From the IMG/VR virus record IMGVR_UViG_3300028821_000038, positions 32,001 to 96,000 of that record: DNA of 64,000 bases; one strand, given 5' to 3'. Position numbers and translations under genes: made by a program. This document shows positions 47,261 through 55,877 of this stretch, one piece after another. The DNA comes from a virus. Under the pieces are notes generated by a model. The model was given only the letters and a program-made list of their open reading frames with translations. It made no database searches and was not told the DNA's origin. Every line of letters begins with the position of its first letter. Position 1 is the stretch's first letter.

Positions 47261-47273
47261 ATATATATATACC
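47259..47273 (-). promoter_or_regulatory. conserved 15-mer GGTATATATATATGG, copy 2
   Basis: exact copy. Confidence 0.7.
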
Positions 47274-47299
47274 AATTTATTATATTAGTAGTGCACATC

Positions 47300-47308
47300 T
47301 GCTATAAT
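47300..47308 (+). promoter_or_regulatory. extended -10 promoter TGnTATAAT
   Basis: TGCTATAAT about 30 nt upstream of 47338. Confidence 0.6.
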
Positions 47309-47337
47309 ACGAAAACATTGATATATAAAGGGATAGT

Positions 47338-47610
47338 ATGGCGAAGCGATCCGACAAAACAAACAAGTGTCAAATGTGCGGGGGGAAGGTAAAGAAAGAT
47401 GAGATTTTTTGCTGTGAAGAGTGTGAAAAAATGTTTGGGGCATATATGGATATCTCCATATCAAGCCTCTTTGTGGAGAAGGCCGTAAAAAGAACTAGTG
47501 CCGAAGAGTTGGTCCAGGTTTTTCGGGATTATGCTATCCAAAAAGGATACGACCTCTCCTTGTTTTCTAAGAAATTAATGAATCAATACAGGATTTTGGT
47601 GGTATTTTAA
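47338..47610 (+). CDS. Zn-ribbon protein (DUF2116-like N-terminus)
   Basis: CQMCG..FCCEEC. Confidence 0.6.
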   Translation: MAKRSDKTNKCQMCGGKVKKDEIFCCEECEKMFGAYMDISISSLFVEKAVKRTSAEELVQVFRDYAIQKGYDLSLFSKKLMNQYRILVVF

Positions 47611-50600
47611 TGCATTTTCTTATAGAGAGACCCGCTTACCCTAATGAAACACTAGACTACTATAACTACAATCTGCCCTTTTTTACTTTAGGTAAAAATC
47701 AAGATATATTAGATAAATATATTGATAAAATCGTTGATTTTTCCAATTCTCTTGAAATTTTCACAGAAAAAGATAAGATTTTCATATATTCTGATGGTGT
47801 TTCCAATAGGTTTTTTATTGACAAGATTGCCGATATTGTCAATATTACGGGGGAAATGACTCTTTATGCATCGTCTGTTTTTAAAAAATCAATAGTTTTC
47901 GACAATATAACCGACAACTCTATTCTGAATATGGAGGAGTTGGAGTATTACATGTCTCGAAATGGGTTTCTACCAAGATATTTTGATTTTGATAGTTTTA
48001 CCCAGAAAGCTAAATATCCATTCTCTAATCTATTGTCTGTCAGAAACATAGAACAGGTGCTTATCAGTAGAGACATACTGGAGCCGACATTAGTGTCACC
48101 AGTAACTGATACTCCAAATGATAGACCATATGATATAGTAAATATTGATTTTGCAAATACATTTCTTATACCCAAGCAATATCAAACAGATATAGTCAAA
48201 GTAGAACATGATAATATAAATAGGATAGAGATAGACACTGGCTTTATATATAGCGCGGTATTCGTAGAAGATTATGAGCCTACCGAAGGAAGGCAATTAA
48301 TTCCAAAGAGATACTGCACTACACATGGATATACTGTTTCTCCTGTTATTTCAGAAGAGACTTATATAAACGAGCCGCTACTATCGAGAACCCCGATAAA
48401 TAAAGAATCTCTTGTTGATATATCAAGTAGATACATTAGTACTACTGACAAGCATGCAAAATACTTCTCGGTAAACAGAACTAACAACATAGAGATACCC
48501 GAAGATTTTGTGATAAGCTACAATGAGGCAAAGAGCATCATAGATAAAAAGTTTAAAGATATTCTGAGCCCAAGAGTGGAAGATTTACAAACATTCAAGA
48601 AGTACCTTGCATCTATGTGTGATTTGGATAATATGTATCTGGATCATACATACTCTGTTCCTGGGGGAATGGTATATTTGGGATTTGACTGCACAAGGAT
48701 GGATTCCTTACTAAATTATGAATCGCTTATTGAGATATTGCATACTCCAGGCAAATTCTTGGATACTGATTGTCACACAAAGAGAGCCTCTTTATATTTT
48801 AGCTTCGAAGACAAGAAGGATATTGATAAGTTTGCATCTATTGCTCAAACACTAAGCGCACCAATAGATATTGGGGAGGACAGGATTGGACAGGTATACC
48901 AGCAACTAAAAAAGGTTGTGAAGAAGATTTGTATCATGTCGCCAGATATTATTTTTGGAGATGATATTCCAGAGCATCCATCTATTCGCCCGACATTGAT
49001 AAATATTCCCCCAATGGGGAATTATAACAACATCACACCATACATAAGAACATTCATAAATGTGCCGTACTATAAAAAGCCCCCTTTTGTTGCAATATTT
49101 TCCCCTCCAATCATTGGAAGCGTTATTGTGGGATATCCTATGTCCCAAATATCAGTTCCGAGATACCAAAAGGCTTATTTCCCTGTCTCCACAGGTAAAC
49201 CTATCATACCCACTACAATAGCCCCATTTTCTCCATTTTTGATGTTTATAGGTGGTATTCCATCGTTTGACGACTCAATAACCGTAAATTATTTCATTAG
49301 AAAGGACGGTGAAGTTATCAGTGGAAATGCGCTGAGTCAAACTATGGATGATAACTGTCTTAAGTTCGTAGTCAACATATACCGGACTGTAAATATGATG
49401 GATGTGGCAGCAATACACTCCAAGCTTGATATTCAGAAGTTCTTCTGGGATTCTCCCAAAAAGAATAGAGTCCTTACTCGCCCTCAAATGGCGGCACTTT
49501 TCCTTGGAGATGTTATGTGTGAACTGGGGAACAGAATCGATGTTCCAATGAATGTAGATTTTTCAGATGGGTTCTTTTTTGATGATGGAGGAGCATCCAC
49601 TTTAGAGGAAAGTCAACCCTCTAATAGTATTTCGTGCCTATCTGAAGAGGATACTGAGTCGGATGCAATCTATGCCCCCAGTGTAGTGGCCAAGAAAATA
49701 GGATGGAGGATAGGTAAATACAATGTGATGTGGGATGGTAATGACTACGGAGAGCAAGTGCTTACTGAGACTGAGGTGCTACAAGGAAACCCTGCGCCAA
49801 ATATATCCTTGGAAGCTTGGTCTGTTTTTAGGGACGACGATTACATTCAGAAAGTGTCTGAAGTTGTAGATGCTATAATAGACAACATTGAAGAATACTT
49901 TAGGGTTAGGAAGGTAGAGAATGTTACTGTCTCAGACCAGATAGTAGCAGACTTCAACAATATAGAGCCAAATCTGTCGTGTGTCATGCTGGAATATATA
50001 GACCTATCCCACACCAATCTAGAATATCAAAATAAAACAAGGGGAGATCCGCTTGGAATATTTGAGACAGATATGGAATTGCCGTGCACCAGTGTTTCTG
50101 AGATAGTAGATGGTTTCAGCCTTGTTGTTCTGAATCCCAGCCAAAGCGTAGGGGGCAATCCAGAAGAATACAAAAAGAACCCGCCCCTTATTAAGTCAGG
50201 TGGCAATAAGATTAGAATATGGAAACCATATATAGATGTTGGGACCAAATCTTATTCAGGGTTACCGGTTATTATGGTTGGTGACAATAATGAGGGGGCT
50301 ATCTCAACTTATAACGAGGTTGTCTTTATACATGAGCCGTCAGACATATCAACCGCTTTCAAATATACAGCATCAGGCGTAACAGTGAGCGTTGTTACAA
50401 AAGAGGTTGATGGTAGCACCTACCATGCCCTAAAAGCCTCCATTGGAGATAGTGATAGATATGTTTTATTCAAGAAGGTAGGAGAAGGGGAGGCACCCCA
50501 AGAGGCAGACGACAAGATACTTTGCGATGGCTTCAATGATTGGGCTGCTCCCGTAGGTATAAATGGTGGTAGTGGCACAATAAATGCTTCTATTTCCAAT

Positions 50601-51617
50601 GTATCTCTATTGGGACAAGAGGACGAAGAGCTGCCAGTAATGATGTGTAAAACTGATGTTGAGGTAGCAGACAACACTATTACAGATGGATGTTCTAGTG
50701 GGATAAGTGGGACTGACCGGAACAACATATCAGATTTATCGTCTATATTTGTAGAAACAGGGGAACAAGAGTATGGAGAAGTTCCTACATCTATCAGTAT
50801 AAGCCTATTTATGATGTTTCAAAAGGTAACAAAAGACAAAAACAATTCAAAGACAATAAATAACACTTCGCAATCAATAGGACTCACACTCGGATGTGTA
50901 GATGGAATGCAGAATATAAATGGGGATGCCCTGGCGCAAGGACTGACGCAGGAGGAGATAGATGATATTGCTGATGATTTGGAGCATGTTACATATGTGT
51001 GTCCCGACTTCAAATCGAAAGAAGTTCTAGATTTTTCTAGGATTAAGAATGATGAAAACAAAGAGCTGGGCAGCCTGTTTGTTATGGATATCAAGGAATT
51101 TGTAAACACCAATCTTGTGATATCCAATGACGAATGTGTAGATCAGCGAATAAAAGATGAGATTAACCCCTCGGGGGATGACTCCATAAAGATTCCATTT
51201 GGAAAATATATAGATGAAGAGGGTGAAGTTAAAGATTCTGAGGTTGTAATAAATACTATGTCAATGTCCATAGAAGACATGATAGAAGGCACTGTGTTAT
51301 TATCCAGCATAAGTACATCAGGCTACACATCAGCATACAAACATGCCGGGCAGAATCCAAAATGGCCTGTAGTGATTGGTTATAACGGTTCCTCAGAATT
51401 GTCCCTATTCGATAAAAACAGGATAGTTGGTACGACACCCAGTAATTTTGTAAATGTAGTGAGTCTTAGTGGGGATAGTTTCGATGAGCATATACTTGCA
51501 AACAATGATACATTAAGTCATGTCACGATATATATATTGGATGACAAGATAGGCATCTATGTCAAGGATATCTATGCGCCACTATCTCAAAATAGAGTCA
51601 TGAAAACAACACAGTAA
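47610..51617 (+). CDS. large hypothetical protein (1335 aa)
   Basis: long uninterrupted ORF; acidic with a Pro-rich middle; no motif recognised. Confidence 0.8.
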   Translation: MHFLIERPAYPNETLDYYNYNLPFFTLGKNQDILDKYIDKIVDFSNSLEIFTEKDKIFIYSDGVSNRFFIDKIADIVNITGEMTLYASSVFKKSIVFDNITDNSILNMEELEYYMSRNGFLPRYFDFDSFTQKAKYPFSNLLSVRNIEQVLISRDILEPTLVSPVTDTPNDRPYDIVNIDFANTFLIPKQYQTDIVKVEHDNINRIEIDTGFIYSAVFVEDYEPTEGRQLIPKRYCTTHGYTVSPVISEETYINEPLLSRTPINKESLVDISSRYISTTDKHAKYFSVNRTNNIEIPEDFVISYNEAKSIIDKKFKDILSPRVEDLQTFKKYLASMCDLDNMYLDHTYSVPGGMVYLGFDCTRMDSLLNYESLIEILHTPGKFLDTDCHTKRASLYFSFEDKKDIDKFASIAQTLSAPIDIGEDRIGQVYQQLKKVVKKICIMSPDIIFGDDIPEHPSIRPTLINIPPMGNYNNITPYIRTFINVPYYKKPPFVAIFSPPIIGSVIVGYPMSQISVPRYQKAYFPVSTGKPIIPTTIAPFSPFLMFIGGIPSFDDSITVNYFIRKDGEVISGNALSQTMDDNCLKFVVNIYRTVNMMDVAAIHSKLDIQKFFWDSPKKNRVLTRPQMAALFLGDVMCELGNRIDVPMNVDFSDGFFFDDGGASTLEESQPSNSISCLSEEDTESDAIYAPSVVAKKIGWRIGKYNVMWDGNDYGEQVLTETEVLQGNPAPNISLEAWSVFRDDDYIQKVSEVVDAIIDNIEEYFRVRKVENVTVSDQIVADFNNIEPNLSCVMLEYIDLSHTNLEYQNKTRGDPLGIFETDMELPCTSVSEIVDGFSLVVLNPSQSVGGNPEEYKKNPPLIKSGGNKIRIWKPYIDVGTKSYSGLPVIMVGDNNEGAISTYNEVVFIHEPSDISTAFKYTASGVTVSVVTKEVDGSTYHALKASIGDSDRYVLFKKVGEGEAPQEADDKILCDGFNDWAAPVGINGGSGTINASISNVSLLGQEDEELPVMMCKTDVEVADNTITDGCSSGISGTDRNNISDLSSIFVETGEQEYGEVPTSISISLFMMFQKVTKDKNNSKTINNTSQSIGLTLGCVDGMQNINGDALAQGLTQEEIDDIADDLEHVTYVCPDFKSKEVLDFSRIKNDENKELGSLFVMDIKEFVNTNLVISNDECVDQRIKDEINPSGDDSIKIPFGKYIDEEGEVKDSEVVINTMSMSIEDMIEGTVLLSSISTSGYTSAYKHAGQNPKWPVVIGYNGSSELSLFDKNRIVGTTPSNFVNVVSLSGDSFDEHILANNDTLSHVTIYILDDKIGIYVKDIYAPLSQNRVMKTTQ

Positions 51618-51626
51618 AGGAATGAT

Positions 51627-53081
51627 ATGATAAACAATTTCGTCGATTTTATAACGGATACGATATCGCCAGATATAATCAATGATTATCTGGAAAATGG
51701 AGGAGGTAGCCCAAGTGATTTTGTAGGCAGTGATGAAAGCACTATGGATTATACAAAAGCGGGGTGGATGCTTAAATGCTATATGGATATGCTAAATAAA
51801 GGGCAGGTTACAAGTGATGTTACCGATGTCACCAGAATGATTATGAATTTTGACTGTCCTGATGGCAAAAAGAATTATGAGTGTATATCACCTGCAGGAT
51901 ATAATTTGCTTCAGATGATGGCGTATGAAGCAAGACAATATCCCGACTTTGTAATAGATGATGTTTCTGATATTTTAGATATAGAGCATCTTTTGGCAAA
52001 CTATCATCAAACCGCACGGAGCGTTGGCCAGCAAACTTTCGTTCATATGATTGCGGAGTTTATGGAAGATAATTTGATATCATCCATAGTTGAGGGTGAT
52101 ATATCTGTTGGCAAGCAGGTAGATGATGGGGTTCAGAATAGACTTATCGCCCCATATTATTTAGCTTTAAAGAATGCAGGGGATGCTATTTCCGCAGGCA
52201 AAGTTCCAGAAATAGAAAGAAGCACACTGGACGCCCTCAGGGGACATATTACATCGGGCGTTAGCTATAGAGAATTTATTGGTGAGGACGGCTACTATAC
52301 TGGCGCAGATCAGTATCCCACAAATGAATTATCGAAATTTATTGCGGCATCCTCCCATGAAGCTATCAAATCTGTAGTGAAAAAGATTCCCGAATACCTA
52401 CTTCCAATTGTGGATACGTCCAGCGAACAGCAAGAAGTTAGGCGCATATCAGATGCGCTGAAAGATGCGGCTGTAGAATACGGAGGATTGTCGATATCGA
52501 AATCAAGATTTGATATAGGGCGATATATTGCGGGCACCCAGGAGAATAAATACAACAATGGGTATACCCCCATGATGTACTATGTAGGAAAATACAGAGG
52601 CGAATGTGACATAAATGTGCTAAACAGGCTTGCTAATGTTTACAATCCATTAGCCCTATCGGTAGACAGTAGCTCATTCTCGGAAGGATTCACTCCCCTG
52701 TCTGTTTTGGCCGACAATATGACTATAGTGGGCGATGATTATTCATCATGGAGTAGGCCAGAATTGGCTTCTTTTATCAAGAGGTTTGTGTCCACGGTAT
52801 CGGACGGTTCCAACCCGTATAAGACATATGTTGCGGCTGGGGTAGTGTTTTTGGTGACAAATGGAAGCAGTAATAACTCATTTGGGGTGGTAAACAATAT
52901 CATGCTAAAGATAAACGAAGCTCACAAGTCTTGGTATGAAGAGCAGAGTGACGACACTATATCCCCGAGCGATTTTGAAGATACATACAATACCCTTGTA
53001 GGCGCCATTCTCCCGAGCGAGTTTGATTATTCATTTTATGCGTCATGGATGAATGAATTTGAAAAAAACATACAGAAGTAG
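51627..53081 (+). CDS. hypothetical protein with degenerate ankyrin-like motifs
   Basis: GYNLLQMMA, QQTFVHMIA, NGYTPMMYY, EGFTPLSVLA. Confidence 0.45.
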   Translation: MINNFVDFITDTISPDIINDYLENGGGSPSDFVGSDESTMDYTKAGWMLKCYMDMLNKGQVTSDVTDVTRMIMNFDCPDGKKNYECISPAGYNLLQMMAYEARQYPDFVIDDVSDILDIEHLLANYHQTARSVGQQTFVHMIAEFMEDNLISSIVEGDISVGKQVDDGVQNRLIAPYYLALKNAGDAISAGKVPEIERSTLDALRGHITSGVSYREFIGEDGYYTGADQYPTNELSKFIAASSHEAIKSVVKKIPEYLLPIVDTSSEQQEVRRISDALKDAAVEYGGLSISKSRFDIGRYIAGTQENKYNNGYTPMMYYVGKYRGECDINVLNRLANVYNPLALSVDSSSFSEGFTPLSVLADNMTIVGDDYSSWSRPELASFIKRFVSTVSDGSNPYKTYVAAGVVFLVTNGSSNNSFGVVNNIMLKINEAHKSWYEEQSDDTISPSDFEDTYNTLVGAILPSEFDYSFYASWMNEFEKNIQK

Positions 53082-53096
53082 GGTATATATATATGG
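53082..53096 (+). promoter_or_regulatory. conserved 15-mer GGTATATATATATGG, copy 3
   Basis: exact copy heading the rightward small-gene cluster. Confidence 0.7.
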
Positions 53097-53131
53097 AATG
53101 AAGTTTCCAACATAAAAATCACAGAAAGGAG

Positions 53132-53365
53132 ATGGTTATGGCAGAGTATGAGATAGATAATATTCTCGTATCGTTTGCTGGCTCATATATCAACATTGGC
53201 CCGGCTGTCGTAATGATAGATGGCAGTGAGGTGGCTCATGTTGAAATAGATGAGCTCCCTGATGAATGTGCCGACATCGAGGAGGAAATCATAGAAGAGA
53301 TAAAAAATCTCGGCACAGGCCCTATCAAGACAGAGAACGAACTGGTTCTCTCGATAGGAACATGA
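53132..53365 (+). CDS. hypothetical acidic protein
   Basis: AAGGAG RBS. Confidence 0.65.
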   Translation: MVMAEYEIDNILVSFAGSYINIGPAVVMIDGSEVAHVEIDELPDECADIEEEIIEEIKNLGTGPIKTENELVLSIGT

Positions 53366-53366
53366 T

Positions 53367-53609
53367 ATGGATACGACACTGGTGGCTTTGGTAGTCTTGT
53401 TTTTTGCTTATAAAGTGACACAAACATATAACGAAAAACAAGAGCATATCGAGGCGATAAAAGCTGGGTTGGAGGAGTGTGTTATTCCTGAACGGCCCAA
53501 CCAGGAAATATGGGTCAAGGATTGCGAGAAGTACATAAAGATATATACTTCTAAGAAACAGAAGGAAGAACAAGATGGTCTTCGGGGCGATAAAAATGGA
53601 GTGGAATAA
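53367..53609 (+). CDS. small membrane-anchored protein
   Basis: N-terminal TLVALVVLFFAY. Confidence 0.6.
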   Translation: MDTTLVALVVLFFAYKVTQTYNEKQEHIEAIKAGLEECVIPERPNQEIWVKDCEKYIKIYTSKKQKEEQDGLRGDKNGVE

Positions 53610-53907
53610 TATAGTGTATTCCGATAATGGTAAGCTTTTTCCGGAGAGGATTGATGTGGTTGGGTATGGCAACACCAAGGAGGAAGCAAGCCAGAATGTA
53701 TATGATAGATATACAGATATTTCTATTATGTTCTTGGGGGACAAGAATAGTGAATCCGCCAAAGAACTAATAGATATCTACCTTGCTACCCATGACAAAC
53801 TTGCTGAAGAGGTTGGAATAAAGTATGAGGTTGGGCGTGGATATGAACCAAAAATGGAGGAATCACATGAGAAAGAACAACAAGAAGACAACACTATGCA
53901 TACCTGA
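53596..53907 (+). CDS. hypothetical protein
   Basis: coupled ORF. Confidence 0.55.
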   Translation: MEWNNIVYSDNGKLFPERIDVVGYGNTKEEASQNVYDRYTDISIMFLGDKNSESAKELIDIYLATHDKLAEEVGIKYEVGRGYEPKMEESHEKEQQEDNTMHT

Positions 53908-54280
53908 ATATATAGAGCATCTCCATTTAGAGCATCCTTACAAGGAGGTACACCACTGGATGCCAAAATCAAAAATACAATGCAATGATTTTTTTGTTTG
54001 CTGTATACCACATGAGCTCCATCATGAGATACACAGTAAACGCTCAGTCCAGTGGTATATCGAGAGAGAGGGCATGGAGAACCTGCTACTTGATTCGGCA
54101 ATTATGTTTGCGAGATGGATACTCACCACAAGTGCCCGGGAGCATCCAAATTATAAAAGGTTTATAGAAATGATATTAGAAATAAACAAACAACCTGATG
54201 TCTATGAGCATGTACTGGAGGCGACCAGGAAATGTGCTTTTGACATCTCAACAAACAAGGAGGGACAAGATGAACTATGA
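53867..54280 (+). CDS. His-Me finger/HNH-like (DUF968-like) protein
   Basis: EVHHW..NDFFVCCIPHELHHEIH; GGAGG RBS. Confidence 0.5.
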   Translation: MRKNNKKTTLCIPEYIEHLHLEHPYKEVHHWMPKSKIQCNDFFVCCIPHELHHEIHSKRSVQWYIEREGMENLLLDSAIMFARWILTTSAREHPNYKRFIEMILEINKQPDVYEHVLEATRKCAFDISTNKEGQDEL

Positions 54281-54794
54281 ATACTTACTTGCAACGGGAT
54301 GGGGCGCACTCGGAAGCGAACTGCAGAATGCAAATCTTGTGGATGATATGTGGTATAAGAGACCAAATAAATATATCAAAAATGCAAGCGAGATAGATAG
54401 GGGGGTTTTAGAACTGTTTCTACTGCTTGAAGATAGAGTTCTAAAAGATGGGTATCAAGAGGCCGAAATGCGCTCCAAGAAAATAAGAGAAAAAAGCAAT
54501 ATACTTGATGAAGAGCAGGCTGGTCAAGTAAACACTATATTGCTGGGATTGCATCTGATACACTTTTGGGCTGAAAAAACAAAAGGTCCACTTGCAAAAC
54601 TGGCAGAAAGTAAGTCATTGAGACTGATTGATATGGTTAAACCTCTAGTGATAGAGAAGTCAGGCCTTGAAACTTCCAAAAATAGCTATCGGTGTGCCGA
54701 TGACCTGCTCAGGATTGTGGAAGGAAGGGCTGTGCTGCCAAAAGAAGTCAGAGATAAAAATGCAGCCAGATACCTTAAGAAAACTACCGTATAA
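54270..54794 (+). CDS. hypothetical protein
   Basis: AAGGAGG RBS before ATG 54270. Confidence 0.65.
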   Translation: MNYEYLLATGWGALGSELQNANLVDDMWYKRPNKYIKNASEIDRGVLELFLLLEDRVLKDGYQEAEMRSKKIREKSNILDEEQAGQVNTILLGLHLIHFWAEKTKGPLAKLAESKSLRLIDMVKPLVIEKSGLETSKNSYRCADDLLRIVEGRAVLPKEVRDKNAARYLKKTTV

Positions 54795-54817
54795 TCAAAA
54801 TAAAAAAAGGAACCAAT

Positions 54818-55282
54818 ATGGCAAACAAAGTTATATTGATGGGCAATATGACAAATGATGTAGAGCTTACATACACATCATCTGGAATGGCGATAGGAAG
54901 CTTCTCTATTGCTATAAACAGAAGACAGAAGGATTCAGCAACTGGAGACTATGTGGAAAAGACCACTTTTGTCCCCATAAAAGCTTTTGGGAAGACAGCT
55001 GAGATAATCAGCCAATACCTAGGGAAGGGCTCCAAGATATATATCGAGGGGCGACTAGAAATGGATCACTGGACAACTCCAGATGGGATGAATAGGAGCA
55101 AGATGTATGTAATACTCGATAATTTCGAGTTTGCATCCCCTAAGAAGAGCGGCGATAGCAACAGCTACTCATCCTATAAGCCTGCGGTAGAGAAGCCCAT
55201 GCATAAGAATGATATGTCTGGGGTTAAAATAATAGAAGAAAAAATCCCTGAGGTAAATCTGGATGAAGAAATACCATTCTAG
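54818..55282 (+). CDS. ssb: single-stranded DNA-binding protein
   Basis: NKVILMGNMTNDVEL..KGSKIYIEGRL; acidic tail EEIPF. Confidence 0.95.
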   Translation: MANKVILMGNMTNDVELTYTSSGMAIGSFSIAINRRQKDSATGDYVEKTTFVPIKAFGKTAEIISQYLGKGSKIYIEGRLEMDHWTTPDGMNRSKMYVILDNFEFASPKKSGDSNSYSSYKPAVEKPMHKNDMSGVKIIEEKIPEVNLDEEIPF

Positions 55283-55625
55283 GAGAATATATGATTAGAG
55301 CACTAGTGGGCATCAGTGATGCCCACAAGGAAAAAGAGCTCAAAACAGAGCAATGGGATATGCGCGGTATGCACCACAGCAAGGGTGGCATAAACCTAAT
55401 TCCCGAATAGGAGGCGCACCAAAGATAGTAAATGTGATAGATATATAACATTCTTTTCTGCACACAATAGCACATCTCCTGTACCATTCTTATCCCAATT
55501 AAAATGGAGGGTCAAACATGATATAACAATAAAGAGATGGATAGAAAAATATACGGATATATATAAGTATGATATAGAGAATATGCCAGATAAGGTTACA
55601 TACAAACCATACAAGAAAGGAGAAT

Positions 55626-55877
55626 ATGCAAATGCTTTATCCAATCATAAAAACCAAAAAAGAAATCTCCCCAAACATGATAGGCCAAGAGCTTGTCCTG
55701 GAGGAGAAAGTTGTGTTGCTCGGAGTTATAGATGATTCTATCAAGCTTCCCAATTCATGTGCTGGATGTGCGTTCCAGCCGAAAGATGGCGAAGCGTATC
55801 CTATGTACTGTGTAGATTGCGCTAGATTCTACACAGACAAATGGGTAGGAGTCTGGGAAGATAAGGAGGAAGAATGA
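55626..55877 (+). CDS. small Cys-rich protein
   Basis: CAGC..CVDCAR; AAGGAG RBS. Confidence 0.6.
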   Translation: MQMLYPIIKTKKEISPNMIGQELVLEEKVVLLGVIDDSIKLPNSCAGCAFQPKDGEAYPMYCVDCARFYTDKWVGVWEDKEEE

